This document shows positions 27,332 through 41,197 of a DNA stretch of 64,000 bases, one piece after another (the first letter of the stretch is position 1; every line of letters begins with the position of its first letter). This DNA comes from Eledone cirrhosa (taxonomy: Eukaryota): assembly GCA_964016885.1 (NCBI GenBank), contig OZ024744.1, positions 42,780,001 through 42,844,000 of the forward strand, written 5' to 3'. The notes beneath the pieces were generated by a model. It saw nothing but the letters and a program-made list of their open reading frames with translations, did not search any database and had not been told where the DNA came from. Position numbers and translations under genes: made by a program.

Positions 27332-29330
27332 TTAGATGTGGGACGCTCGGATATGGCTTTTCAAGCCTGCTAGAGACTTGCACTCCTTCACACACTGACG
27401 ACAATTATGGATCTCCCTGGCTTGAGGTCCTGCATCAGGTTGCCCGTGAATCCTCACAACACCGTGGAAATCATAGTTCACTGGTTCTCTTTGAACGTGG
27501 CTGTGACTGTGGCTCCTGAGACCAGATTTGCTCAAGCAAATCTTTCCACACTCAGGGCATACCAATTCAATGGAGACACCAATCGTTTCGAGTGATACAC
27601 CAGGGCATTGCTTATGCACATCCCGTTTGATCTTCTCGTGCTCTATGCGCCTGTCCTCAAAATTATGGACCCCATCATTCACCATTCCACGCAAACTTTC
27701 TCTTTCAAGAGCTTCTATCTTCCAGTCAGCCATCATCAAACCAGTTTTTTTCAATGACTCCTTTACACAATCCTTGAATCGGAGCCTTGGCTTGTGAGGT
27801 TGTCTCTTACCCTCACAAAGCTCGCCATACAAGAGTTGTTTTGGGATTCGATCATCCTCCATTCTGCAGAGGTCTCCGGTCCATCGCAAACGCCATTGGT
27901 GGATGATACTCTCAATGCTCCGACACTCACTTCTCTCAAGGACCTCAACATCACTCACATGCATCTGCCACTTGATACCGAGCATCTTTCTGAGACACTG
28001 CTGGTGAAACCGTTCCAGTCTGTGGATATGCTGTTTGTAGGCAACCCATGTCTCACATGCATACAGCAAAGCTGACAGTACACATGTAGCATACACTCTC
28101 ACCTTGGTCCTCATTGTGATTCCTCGCCTGCACCAAAGATGGTCGTTGAGCCTTCCAATTGACTCACTTGCCTTACTAACACATAGACCAACTTCTGCAT
28201 CCAGAGAGCAGGTCACAGTCAGAGTACTCCCCAAATACCCAAATATGTCAGCAGCCTTCAGCCTTTGACGGTATACGTGTATAGAGGGTTCATTGAAAAC
28301 TTTATCCAGAGCAGGTTGGTACATGACGACAGTCTTCTTCAGATTGATTGTCAGTCCTAAAGCACTGCACGCATTGGAAAAAGAATCCATAAGGTGTTGC
28401 ATGTCACTCTGGGAGTGTGCAAAGAGATCACAATCATCTGCATATAAAAATTCTCTGATCAAAGTACTCAGTACGTTAGTGTTGGCAGTGAGACGCCTAA
28501 GGTTAAACAGCTTGCCAGAAGTGCAATATCTGAGATAGATATTGTGTTGACAATCCTTGAAGGCCATGAAGAACACCATCGCAAAATACAAGGTAAACAA
28601 AGTTGGTACAGGTATATCACCCTGCTTGACACCATTTTCAACCGAGATTGGCTCAGACAGTTTACCTCCAACATCAGCCATGCCTTCATGTCATCGTGGA
28701 AGCGTTTCAGAATGTTCACAAACTTTTCAGGACAGCCAAATCTCTCCAAAATAACCCATAAAGCCTTCCGATTAACAGTGTCAAATGCCTTGGTCAGATC
28801 TACAAAAACTTGGTATAAGTCCATGCGCTGCTCAATGCATTTCTCTTGAAGTTGTTTGGCTGAGAAGATCATGTCAACAGTGCCTCTGCCATTCCTAAAG
28901 CCACATTGGGACTCAGGAAGTACCTCAACAGCAATGTGCTGTATCAATCTGTCCAACAATATCCTGCACAAGATCTTTCCAGCCACAGATATCAGTGAAA
29001 TACCTCTGTAGTTGCCACAGTCATCTTTGGCTCCCTTTCCTTTGTAAAGTACCACCATCAATGCATCTTTCCAATCCTGTGACACATCTTCTTCATTCCA
29101 AACATTCACAAAGAGATTAGTGAGGCGGTTTAAGAACTTATCACCAGCACACTTGAAAATCTCGGCACTCAGTCTATCCGTTCCAAGTGACTTGCCGCTG
29201 TTTAATTTGGCAATGGCCTTCACCACCTCATCAAATGAAGGAGGATCAGCTATTGCCAGCTTTGTAGGTCTGGATGGAATCGACCAGATGAACTCATCAT
29301 CAATTTCTGATGGTCTGTTGAGAAGCTCAT
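27332..29330 (-). mobile_element. RTE/BovB-like LINE (family C), 5'-truncated and frameshifted, with two C-terminal C2H2 fingers
   Basis: NYRGISL, DLTKAFD, GVKQGD, FLYADD, RIPKQLLYGEL, CPECGK..HSHSH, CRQCVK..HIRASH. Confidence 0.9.
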
Positions 29331-29669
29331 ATATAATTACATATACTTACATACACACATACATACATACATACATATATACATATATACATTCTGTAAA
29401 TGTAATTGGCATTAGGAGGGGCATCCAGCTATAGAAACCTGGCCAGAAACAGTCCTATATGAGCAAGACACAGTCACCTGACCCAACTTGTCTCTAATGG
29501 GACAGCCCGTCTAACCCATACTAGTGTTGAAAATGTTAGTTAAACGATGAATAGGATGATGATACATATATAAATAGATAGATAGATATACCAAAACAAG
29601 CACATACACAGCCAGAATTTATAAGTATCAGAGTTTGGCATTATATACCAAAATACTATTATTATTTTC

Positions 29670-29757
29670 ATTGCCTTTCATCCTTACGGGGTCGATAAAA
29701 TAAAGTACCAGTAATGCACTGGGTAATTGCTGGCCTTGTGCCTAAAGTAGAAACAAT
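29670..29757 (+). mobile_element. SINE family 2, 3' fragment
   Basis: gcctttcatccttacggggtcgataaaataaagtacca...gccttgtgcctaaagtagaaacaatt. Confidence 0.75.
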
Positions 29758-30399
29758 TATTTGCAACGAAAATAAATACAAAGAAACATCTGGAAGAGTT
29801 TATCCAAGATTGAAATCATAACCTTTAAAACATATTTGTATACATTTTTAAAATCTATGTGTAAGTACACAGAGACAGAAATTCTCTTATACAAACATAC
29901 GCAAAAACACACACATACGTACATACATACAAACAGACATACATATGCATACAAACATACATACAGACACACGTACACATATATAAATACATGGTGGCTG
30001 CCAACTCGTTTTCGAGTATGGCCACTACTTTATATCCATGTAGGAGAACCCCTACCGATGCGCTGAACGAGTGTGACTTTTTAGTCCAGCCAGCGACTTG
30101 AAAACTCTGGTACAAACACTACACTTGTGACAATTATTGACACATAGTGCTGGGCCCAAGGTACCATGTGACGACAAGTGCAGAGAGATCTCCAGATATA
30201 AGGCAATGCCTGTGCTGTGAAGCTTTTATAGTGAGCAAAGGCACTGCACAAAGCCAGTCCCACTCTCTTAACCAAGATGATATTTACCAAAATGAAGAAC
30301 AAGTCAACATCATTGGATACCATCAGGGTGGCAGGTGTTATATCAGAGTTTTCCTTCTCCTAGAATTCTGCCTTGACTACATACATGCATACATATATA

Positions 30400-31676
30400 C
30401 AGGGTGCGGGCGATATCTGTCTAAGAAAAAATAATACAGTAGTTTTATTTTTTAAGATATATTTATCAAACTTGGGTCTGTTTGTCTTCATGACTTGCTC
30501 TTTCGATCTCACTCGATAAACCCACCATTGGCTTTGATGACGGCCTCAAGACGGCCTCGGAACCGGCTACAGGCCTTCATCACTATCCCCCGACTTAGGC
30601 CCCTAAAGGCACTTGTGATCCTGGCCTTCACATCGTCTTTTGTATTCCAGCTAGATCTGTTGGTGTCTCGTTCCACTGTGCCCCACACAAAGAAGTCGAG
30701 GGGGTTGCAGTCAGGTGAGCTGGGAGGCCAGATGTCAGGTGAAGTGTGGTCGACGAAGTTCTCTGACAGCCAGGCTTGGGTTTTTCGGCTGGTATGGCAG
30801 GACGCTGAGTCTTGCTACCACACGTACGGCCTACCTGTAGCTACCTTGTCGATCCAGGGCTTTACTACCTCGCTCAGAACGCAGATGTAGCCATCGGTGT
30901 TCAGCTTGACGCCCTCAGGGAAGGAGTGAGGCGGCATGACGTCACCTTGACTGCTGACGACACCTAAGACCAATGTCGCTGGAAACTTTGTCTGCATGAC
31001 TATGGGCACGTCTTTGGATGAGACAGCGAGCCACCTGTTGTTCTGGGAGTTGATCTTCTGGTCTTGGCAGAAGTTTTTCTCGTCGGAGAAAAACCACAGC
31101 ATGTCTGGCTCCAGTGGGTGTTTCAACTTGTTAATCAGCTTCTTTGCGTGCTTCAGTCGCTTTTCTTGCATCGCCTTTGACAGAAATTGTCCTTTCCTCA
31201 TCTTGTATGAAACGTAGCGAATGTCTTCATGTACCACCAGCCTAATGAGCTTTTCATCCACGCTTTTCTCCCTTGCAATGGCACGCATCAACTTGCTAGG
31301 TTCATTGTTGATGATATCCTGAACTTCAGCAACGAACTCGGGCCTTCTGAAGGCGTCAGATCGTCGATCATGTGTTTTCCTCTTTGATGTTGCTTCGTAG
31401 TCGAATTCTGAATCTTCCAATTCCTTTCTGACCTTTTCCACCATTCTCCTGCTGACGCTGAGAAAGTCTGAAATTTCCTTATTTGTCCTCCCAGCGCGGA
31501 TTCTAAGCAGAACTCCGCGTCTCTTCCACAAATTTGGAGGTTCAAAATTATTCATAATCAATTATTCTGAAAATAAATAATGGAAATATAGTGAAGACAA
31601 GAGTGACAACGGAAGTAAAAAAAATTTGCATAAAATTAGCAGTTGAAAATTGCGAACAAATATCGTCTACACCCTG
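30400..31676 (-). mobile_element. Complete Tc1/mariner transposon, DD37D (maT) family
   Basis: TA TSDs; imperfect TIRs CAGGGTGCGGGCGATATCTGT / CAGGGTGTAGACGATATTTGT. Confidence 0.92.
30509..31561 (-). pseudogene. maT transposase, 351 codons, single premature TAG at 30815-30817
   Basis: FFSDEK, YVW*QDSASCH, WPPSSPDCNPLDF; 37 residues between the second and third catalytic D; ends VIKANGGFIE*. Confidence 0.9.
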
Positions 31677-32039
31677 TATATATATATATAATATAAATTA
31701 AATTAAAGACCCCGTAACTCTTGATGGAATTATATGTTATGTCAGAGCGCTGTTGGAAAGCAACTAATTTCTTCCAGAGAAAGTAAGAAAGATAAAGAAA
31801 GAATCAATTCCTAATACTGGACTGGTACTTTATTTATCAAACTTAAAAGGATGAAAGGCAAAGTTAATCTTGGCAGGATTTGAATGTAGTAAGCTGGAAC
31901 AAATACCAACACAGTTTTATCTGACACCCTAATGACTACCAATTCACCACCTTATACACACACATATGTATGTTTCTCTTTATCTTAATTTGAAGTAAAT
32001 TTTTGACTGGCCATCTTTCTGGTGGCAAGGTTGTAAAAG

Positions 32040-33240
32040 AAAAGAAATTGTCATCCCTTGAATCACAAGAAGGTTTTGTAATTTTTTATTGCAGCCATTT
32101 GTAGACTATGAATTAGGGAGCTGCGCTCTTTGTCCACAATTCCAAGTTCCATCATACTTTGGTCCAAGTGGGTTGGTATATAACCTGTAGCTCCAATATT
32201 GGTGAGTATGACGCTGAAGGTGTATCTTGGATACTGGATCTGCAAACTCCTCATCAATGGTCCTTCTCTTGTATTTTCCTTACTACATTGACATCAAGTG
32301 GGCAGCTGATCTCTACAACAGAGCATGTTTTCAATGTGTGGTCCCAAACAACAATATCAGGCCAGTTGTGCTTTAATTTGGTCGCAGATTTTATTTTCAG
32401 GTTCTACCAGTATTCCTTAGTGCCATCTATCTCAATATATTTTTCCTCGTTTGTTTTTATTCTTGTTTTCCTAAGTGCATTCCAGATGGTTCTAGCTATC
32501 GCATTGTGTCTCATAGGGAGGTAGTAATGAGACAACATTCTTTCACAGTTGGCAACAATGTGGCTAACATCCTCGATCTTTATTTTACATAGCCTACATT
32601 TATTGTCGACTGATGGCACTCCTCTTTTGTGTAGCAGATATTTAGTAGGGATTTCTTGTTCCTGTATTGCATAAAGATATCCTTCAAGGTGGGATGTCAT
32701 AAACTTGTCGGAACTCCATGTTAGGCTTTTTGAATGATTTATCCCCTCTATGGTCTGTGTTTTCATCTCAGGTACCCATGCACAACTTTCTCTGTAAATT
32801 GATCTATTTTTTAATCTTGTTTGAGTATTGAATAGGATCTTCCAATGTTCCTGGGAGAGAAATTTATATCAGACCTTATTCCATATCTCTCCTCCAGATC
32901 AGTGGCTATCCTAATGATTTTATTTCCTTCATGCTCATAGACCTGGGCAAGATGGTTGCTGACCTTTTTCTTTGGTTGAAGATGTTGCTACAGTGTTACT
33001 ATCCGGGTCTCGTATGATATTAAGATGGATTTTAGTCCCCGGCCACATTCCTTGCATGAGAAGTATAGTCTATCCACATCACCATTGATGTTAAAGTTAC
33101 CAGTAACACTGAGAAGCTTGCAAGTTCTTACATCCATCTCACTTAGTTCTTCCAATGACCCTTTTCAGCAGGTCAAATACTGGTGTTAGGATTGTGGGTA
33201 ATGTATTTGTTGTACACTGAGAGTTCTGATGAGTTTCTTT
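32040..33240 (-). mobile_element. Degenerate R4/Dong-type RLE retrotransposon, 3' part
   Basis: AIQEQEIPTK, CRLC..EDVSHIVANC, RHN, PDIVVWD, ISCP. Confidence 0.8.
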
Positions 33241-33319
33241 ACTCTCCTGAGGTATTCAGTTCTGTATATGCATGTATGTATGTGCCAAAAGCAGAAACAA
33301 TTATTATAGTTGCTTTACA

Positions 33320-34233
33320 GTAATCTTGATAATGAAATTCCACTCAGGATTAGGAAAGCAAGTGATGGTTTCCGAAAGCTAGAAAGGCGCCTCTAGGATC
33401 GGCGAGACATATGCAAGAACACAAAGGTAAAGGAGTACAAGACATGTGTGCTCTCTTCTCTTCTTTATGCCTGAGAGACCTGTTTCACATATTGACACCA
33501 CCTTAAGCAATTGGAGCATTTCCATCAGATGTGTCTCAGACGGATCCATGGCGCTCACTGGAGGGACCACATCAATGATGTCGAGATTTTGGAAAGCTCT
33601 CTGTGTAACAGTATAGAAGCTCTTGTGCTCAAGGAAAGACTCCGATGGAGTGGTCACCTTGCCAGGATGAAGGGTTCTAGAATACGAAAACAACTCTTTT
33701 ATGGAGAGTTAGTTTAAAGAAAATGACCTCCACATAAAGCAAAAAAGAGGTTTAAGGATTCAGTGAAAGCCTCTTTGAAAGACGCTAACATCTCTGCTGA
33801 TACATGGGAAAATATTGCTGCTGATCGTAATAAATGGAGAAAGACTGTATATGAGGGGAAAGTTGTCTTTGAGGCATCTTGAATCACATACGAGAAAGTA
33901 AAAAGGGATGTGAGGAAGGGCATTTCTGTTGCATTTCCAGACAGCGAAGGTCCTCCTATGGCGCTGACATGCAGCGTATGTGCGAGACACTGCCTCAGCA
34001 AAGCTAGACTCAAAAGTCATCTTCGCATTCATAAAGTGAGACCAGTGGTTGACTTCCAGGCTTCTGTTGAAGATGTTGAAGATGCCTGCCAAGCATGTGG
34101 TAGAGAGTCTAGATCAGCAGGAGGTCTCAAACGACATGCAAAGTACATGAACTCCAACCACAGCCGACTATTACCAGTGAATGTTTTGGATGCCAACTCT
34201 GTGCAAGACATTTTAGATCATTGGCTGGGCTAA
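33320..34233 (+). mobile_element. RTE/BovB-like 3' fragment with two C2H2-like fingers
   Basis: EHFHQMCLRRI, RLRWSGHL, KQLFYGEL, CSVCARHCLSKARLKSHLRIH, CQACGR..LKRH. Confidence 0.8.
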
Positions 34234-34447
34234 AAAGCCACATTCGATCACAGCACCGTTAATTGTTATTGTGTGTGTGTGTGTATGTGTATATGTTAAT
34301 ATAGATATGTATACGTGTGTGTGTGTATATATATATATAATTTTTATTATTATTATTACTATTATTATTATTATTGTCATTATTGTTATATTTTTTTTTA
34401 ATGCAATGGCCCCATACTCGATAACGAGGGGGCAGCCAACATGTATG

Positions 34448-34672
<225 letters not shown>

Positions 34673-34866
34673 TCAGGTTTGAGGTTCACCACTGTATAGA
34701 GCTGGTCTATTCCGTATGGTCAATCGTAATGCAATAATATAGAGAGTACTCAACGAAAAGCAGTTCAACCGTCTTTGTTTTTGTAGTTGGTGGTGCTATT
34801 ACGGAGTTAAATATTATAATGAAATGACAGGAGGCTGGATTTGTGTAAATCCTTGAAAGGTTTATT

Positions 34867-34924
34867 ATACTATGATCATTTCAATGACCGGGTTCCGTAT
34901 GAATCCGGTGATATCATCAGGTAT
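34867..34924 (-). ncRNA. Type I hammerhead ribozyme motif (left arm)
   Basis: Reverse complement of 35825-35882. Confidence 0.78.
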
Positions 34925-35824
34925 TCGAAATATAATACGTGAATGTAATAGGTAAAATCCATGGGGCTGAAAATCGAGACCCGAGGGCGACCGCTATTCT
35001 GTTCCTTCAACCTCAGCCGGTCGCCCTGGAGTGACGTGGCTAAATTTTATAGTATGCTACTACCGGTCAGATGAACGAAAACAGAAAGAGATGGGAGCAT
35101 AGGTTAACGTCGATCCCATGACACAAGGTAAAAGAAAGAAAGAAAGGAAGGAGAAGAAGGGGGAAGAAAGAAGAAGAGAAGTCAGGGTTAATGTCAGCTA
35201 AAAGAGGAAGGTAACTACTACTGGTCAGATATAGGCAAGCAAGAGGGGGAAGGAAGATAAGTCTGCAGGGAGGAAAATTTTCTCGCGCCACTTCTGGCTT
35301 GACTGTGGTCTGACATTAATTGTTTCTACTTTAGGCACAAGGCCAGCAACTACCCAGTGCCTCACTGGTACTGACATTAATATCGACCTTTCTTCCTCTT
35401 CCTTTCTATCTTCCTTCTTGTAGCCATCAACCCTTACTTTTCTACTTCTCTCTTCCCTTCCTTCTCTCCTCCCCTCCTCCCTGCAGACTTATCTTCCTTC
35501 CCCCTCTTGCTTGCCTATATCTGACCAGTAGTAGTTACCTTCCTCTTTTAGCTGACATTAACCCTGACTTCTCTTCTTCTTTCTTCCCCCTTCTTCTCCT
35601 TCCTTTCTTTCTTTCTTTTACCTTGTGTCATGGGATCGACGTTAACCTATGCTCCCATCTCTTTCTGTTTTCGTTCATCTGACCGGTAGTAGCATACTAT
35701 AAAATTTAGCCACGTCACTCCAGGGCGACCGGCTGAGGTTGAAGGAACAGAATAGCGGTCGCCCTCGGGTCTCGATTTTCAGCCCCATGGATTTTACCTA
35801 TTACATTCACGTATTATATTTCGA

Positions 35825-35882
35825 ATACCTGATGATATCACCGGATTCATACGGAACCCGGTCATTGAAATGATCATAGTAT
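35825..35882 (+). ncRNA. Type I hammerhead ribozyme motif (right arm)
   Basis: atac-CTGATGA-tatc-accggattc-atacg-gaacccggt-catt-GAAA-tgatca-TA-gtat; palindrome ATGATCAT. Confidence 0.78.
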
Positions 35883-35958
35883 AATAAACCTTTCAAGGAT
35901 TTACACAAATCCAGCCTCCTGTCATTTCATTATAATATTATATATATATATATATATA

Positions 35959-36244
35959 TCAGAGGAATAAGTTGTAGTGTGCGGGAGAGAAGACTGCGAT
36001 GGTATGGACATGTGATGCGTATGGAGGATGACCGCTGAGTAAAGATGTGCCAAGAAATCCCAGTAGAAGGAAGACGCAGTAGAGGTAGACCATGAAAAAC
36101 ATGGGCAGAGGTGGTGAGAGCAGACCTCAGATTGCTGAAGCTCACGGAGGAGATGACGAAGGACTGTGACAAGTGGAGAGATGCTGTGCTGAATAGGACC
36201 CGTCCCACCCTTGCAAGCAGGGAAAAGCAGACGTAAAATGATGG

Positions 36245-36278
<34 letters not shown>
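35959..36278 (+). mobile_element. RTE family B 3' end with a short tail and (GAT)n
   Basis: RERRLRWYGHVMRMEDD; ends cccgtcccacccttgcaagcagggaaaagcagacgtaaaatga(tga)n. Confidence 0.85.
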
Positions 36279-37056
36279 ATATATACATATGTATTTATTA
36301 AAATAACAGATTAAAGTTTACGCAAAAAACAATTTTTTAAGGGAAACCTTAAAAAAGTATTTTTTTAAAATAAACATACAAACGAAGGTCACAGAACTCC
36401 AGGTCATTGGCCATTGCAATGGACTTTGGCAGTTTTGATCCCTACCAACAGTATTGCTGGTCCACCCGAGGTCTCAGCGTCTGACATAAGCCAAATGATG
36501 TCCAGTGGAGTAAGAGACATGAAACAGGTACACATAGAATTTTAGGTGACATCAAGGAAAAATGTGTGGTGCCTCTTATAGAACTGGAGTCATAAATGAA
36601 ATAAAAGAAAAAGAAAGAAAAAAGCAGAAGAAGGAAGTAGGATATTGTGTTAAAAAATGTAAGCCATTGCAATAAATGGGGGGAGTATATTATATGTATG
36701 GCAATGAAAAACTGGGAGGTTATATCCTAAGTTAGCGGAGCACTCAGGCCACTGCTAATTAAGTAACCTAGCTAGAAGAAGCTACCAACCACTTCTATGA
36801 ACCCTTCCAGTGTCTTGAAGAGGTTTATATCACTGACGGTCATCCTCTAGATTACTCCCTGTGCATCTTTTACATATAAGAAAATTAGGATGTTGTTGTA
36901 ATTCAATCCGGAGCTTTGTAGTTATGTAAGAGGTGTTTCCAGACGTGTGGACAACGTGTGCAGAATTCATATCTCGAGTTTAGGCAATCACTATTGCTAA
37001 TCGTTTCTGCGCATGCGCGTTCGTATGGTTGTCCTTCCTGTTACGTATAACCATGT

Positions 37057-37106
37057 CCATTACGAGCTGAGGATCCGCTAAGGTGAAACAATTGTTCTTG
37101 GTATGG
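37057..37106 (+). ncRNA. Minimal type I hammerhead ribozyme motif
   Basis: ccattacgag-CTGAGGA-t-cc-gctaa-gg-t-GAAA-caattg-TT-cttggtatgg; ~27 nt before a (TA)n run. Confidence 0.72.
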
Positions 37107-37465
37107 TGAACTAACTGTTGTGTAACCACTTCTATATATATATATACAGATATATATATACATGTATACACATAAACATATATATACATACATACATATA
37201 TACATACAAATATACACACGCAAACATATATATATATATATATATATATGCACCATACACTTACATACACATATAAATGTATATATATATATATGTATAT
37301 ATATACATATACATACATATGCATATACATATAAAAGTACACAAATATATACATATATATATACATATATATACATATACATATATATACATATATATAC
37401 ACATATATATATATATATATACATATAGAGATTACATGAATCAAAGTTCTGTTTAAATCATTTAT

Positions 37466-37514
37466 TTGCTTACAATTGTTTCTTCCAAACCGAGGTTTGG
37501 AGTCTTCGGAGCAA
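37466..37514 (-). ncRNA. Hammerhead motif, U4C core variant (inverted pLTR)
   Basis: ttgct-CCGAAGA-c-tccaaacc-tc-ggtttgga-a-GAAA-caattg-TA-agcaa. Confidence 0.7.
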
Positions 37515-40413
37515 TTATTTAGTGATTTTTAACATACTTGACCTCCTTTTCAACACAAGAGACATATAGAAACATATGTATATATTGACCCACAGTGGGT
37601 TGACATCCATTATAATAATATAGCATGGTAATTTACATACAAAGATTACAGTCATATTAAAGGACAAAATTAAAGTTAAAATTAAAATTAAAATTAAAAT
37701 AAAAATAAAACATTGGCAGTTTACTAAGATAAAGCAAGAGGAAAGTTTGGAGTAGCCAGTGTATGCAACAGTCACACGTGTGGCATGCACGCGTGTCCTA
37801 TTTATACAAGATTATAGTGCGGCAGATTGTTACATGTAAAACAAGCAGTCAAAGCAGGCAATTAAGAGCATCATGGGGGCTGTACTGGTAAAGCATTATT
37901 CACACACACCTGTACGATATAGAAGCCCGTGTGTAGAGAAACACCATGTCCATGAGGAAATTTAGTAATAGGAATAGCAACCACACACTAATACGGAGGA
38001 TGCCAACAAAAGTAACCCACACCACAGAAATTACCATAGTACCATAAAAGGAAACAACTCACCAGACATAAAAAAAAATAGAAGAAATAATACATTTTTC
38101 AACCCTCCTTTCAATCTAAACGTCTCTACCAACCTACCTAGGTCTTTCTTCTCACTACTAGATAAAAACTTCCCATCCGGCCACAAGTACCATAGCCTTT
38201 TAAACAAAAACACTATTAAAATCTCCTACTCTACTACGCCTAACATAGCATACCACATAGCTAGTAGCAATAAAAGAAAAATTAATCCTTACTTCCAGTA
38301 AACTAAATCACAACAGACGATAAACCTTCAAAATAACATCATAGCAACTAACCCTAATATCAATAGAAATAATAGTAATAGCACTAGTGTAAACAATAAC
38401 GCTGGGAACGTCAACCCACATAACCATAACCCTATAGCTGCCATCCAGACTTCTACACAACATAATAACCGGCAGACTAACACCAGAATAATTGTAACTG
38501 TAGATCTAATAGAACCTGCCCTTTAGATAAAAAATGCTTAACCAAGGATATCATATACTCATGCACAGTCACAACTAGCAACTCTTCTGAAACCTATATA
38601 GGCTCTACTTCAAACTGCTTCAAAACCAGATACAATTCGCACCTCCACTCTTTCAAAAAACACGGTCTAGCCAACTCCACTTCACTATCTAGCTACATAC
38701 ACTATCTAAAAACTAAAAATAAACCATATACACTTAAATGGGAAGTGATAGGTAACGCGACATCGTACAAACCACCTAATAAATTTTGTAACCTCTGTCT
38801 ACTAGAGACCCATACTATCATCTTCTCAAACCATAACCTCCTTAATAAAAAATCAGAAGTGTTCGCGTCTTGCCAACACCGCTTCCGACACTCCTTCCAA
38901 AACTTTAAACCCAATATATAACAATGTCAGACTTGAACCCGTCATCACCTCTAGCAGCAATCATCAGGGGCACACCTTACAACTCATCTCCACACCCATT
39001 AATCCAGTTTAACGCAAATAGTGACATCCTCCTAGTACTTTTGCCCTAGAGATATCCCCATGTACTTCTACTTTTGGTATATTGGCCTTCAATTACTTAG
39101 ACTACATTACACCAATATATAATTAATGTAAACTTTAAGCACGGAATTGGTTGTGCTAACATTGTCCTGTGTATGTAGTGCCATCATTGAAAGATTAAGT
39201 AATTAATTTATTAACATAAAAGCGCTATATAATCTATATGCTGAGTGCAATTAATTATGTACAGGTGGTGATGTATGAGTTATAAATACATGTATGACTT
39301 GATGGTAAGATTAGTGTCTTTGTAAGTGAGAATTGATCTCTGGACTACCCTAGTGATATTTAACTTTGCCATGCAATCAGACATACAATGACCCAGAGCT
39401 TACCAGGAGTCATATATAGAAGTGATTCTAATAAGACCCTGCCAGGTTCTGCGGGTGGACTACACTTACAAAGATCATTGATTTGGAGATCTGACTCTTC
39501 ATGTGGAATATTCGGTGGTGGCACTCTATGATAGAAGGTAATCATCCTAATATGAACACCTTTAGAACTTCTTGATAGACTACACTGTAATTTATAGATA
39601 AGATACTTAAATTTAGAAATTGTTTATAACCTTATATGATAGGAACTCATTTGAGACACCATTAATGTATTTTAGGATAATAAATTTAGCTATAGAAATC
39701 AACTAGTTACCTCCCCTTACGCATTAACTCCCCTTAATCACACACACACTTCCGGAATATAATACGATGTCAACTCACACAACAAATACAACCTGCTCTA
39801 TAGAATCGAATTAAAGAACGACAAGCTGTGATGTTCTAGCATGGTTCACCAGGCACCCAATGTTGAATCATCGTGGATTGTGTGATGGACATGTAGTCTA
39901 TAAATTGCGTTTCCTGGATTGTGAGAGTGGTGGTGTGTACGAGGACAGTGGTGCTGTTTTGCTTCTCATTTGTAATATTTTTGGTGTTTCTCTACACACG
40001 GGCTTCTATATCGTACAGGTGTGTGTGAATAATGCTTTACCAGTACAGCCCCCATGATGCTCTTAATTGCCTGCTTTGACTGCTTGTTTTACATGTAACA
40101 ATCTGCCGCACTATAATCTTGTATAAATAGGACACGCGTGCATGCCACACGTGTGACTGTTGCATACACTGGCTACTCCAAACTTTCCTCTTGCTTTATC
40201 TTAGTAAACTGCCAATGTTTTATTTTAATTTTAATCTTAATTTTAATTTTAACTTTAATTTTGTCCTTTAATATGACTGTAATCTTTGTATGTAAATTAC
40301 CATGCTATATTATTATAATGGATGTCAACCCACTGTGGGTCAATATATACATATGTTTCTATATGTCTCTTGTGTTGAAAAGGAGGTCAAGTATGTTAAA
40401 AATCACTAAATAA

Positions 40414-40462
40414 TTGCTCCGAAGACTCCAAACCTCGGTTTGGAAGAAATAATTGTAAGCAA
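40414..40462 (+). ncRNA. Hammerhead motif, U4C core variant (3' pLTR, sense to the ORF)
   Basis: ttgct-CCGAAGA-ctccaaacctcggtttggaa-GAAA-taattg-TA-agcaa. Confidence 0.68.
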
Positions 40463-40860
40463 ATAAATGATTTAAACAGAACTTTGATTCATGTAATCTC
40501 TATATAACAGCTCTGTAAAACAACTGATGTTGTTACATTGAACTATTTATCTTACTGGTAATAAGATAGTAATAAATTACTGTCTTTCACTATTTAGGGT
40601 ATAAAATATATATAACTATAAAAGGTTTTAGTATATACATAACCATAAATAGTATCCTTAATACTATATATATACATATATATATAGTAATAATAATAAA
40701 TTTGAAGACTAAAATCCAAAGAGGGCTCGATAAGGATAAATATATATCAGATATATAAGAACCGTAGAGCAAATATTTATTAAAATAACAGGGTGAAACA
40801 AGCGATTCTTTGCTTAAACATTAATCTGTTATTTTAATACATATACATATATATATATAT

Positions 40861-40913
<53 letters not shown>

Positions 40914-40981
40914 CACACAACTACACGTACATACATATACATACGTACACATAGACATATACACACATACACAAACACTTA

Positions 40982-41039
<58 letters not shown>

Positions 41040-41156
41040 CACACATATATATATATACATATATATATAAATATAATTATTATAAAAGTATTATAAAAAT
41101 TATAAAAATTATAAAAATAAACAAAGAAGCCTTCAATACATCAAACGTCTTTATTA

Positions 41157-41197
41157 GCCGACAATGTTTCGTCCCATTAATAAGGAATCATCAGGGC
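41157..41197 (-). ncRNA. Minimal type I hammerhead ribozyme motif, GUC site
   Basis: gcc-CTGATGA-ttccttattaatgggac-GAAA-cattg-TC-ggc. Confidence 0.7.

Larger units (their letters stand above)
34810..35939. repeat. ~465-bp apparently perfect inverted repeat (34810-35274 / 35475-35939) with a ~200-bp spacer
   Basis: Arms read as exact reverse complements wherever checked; spacer holds a SINE family 2 tail piece. Confidence 0.92.
37424..40505 (+). mobile_element. 5'-truncated Penelope element with an inverted pLTR copy: 37424-37945 inverted vs 39985-40505; GIY-YIG region ~38070-38920
   Basis: FFNPPF, KISYS, Asn-rich linker, CNCR..CPLDKKCL, IIYSC, TYIGST, KTRYNSH, CNLCLLE, LLNKKSE..CQH; ~520-bp near-identical inverted arms. 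Confidence 0.9.

Noticed and set aside
37515-37790. Duplicated 91-aa hydrophobic ORF (also 40138-40413)
   Set aside because: Lies in the inverted pLTR arms; the ILIL run is a (TTAATT)n repeat
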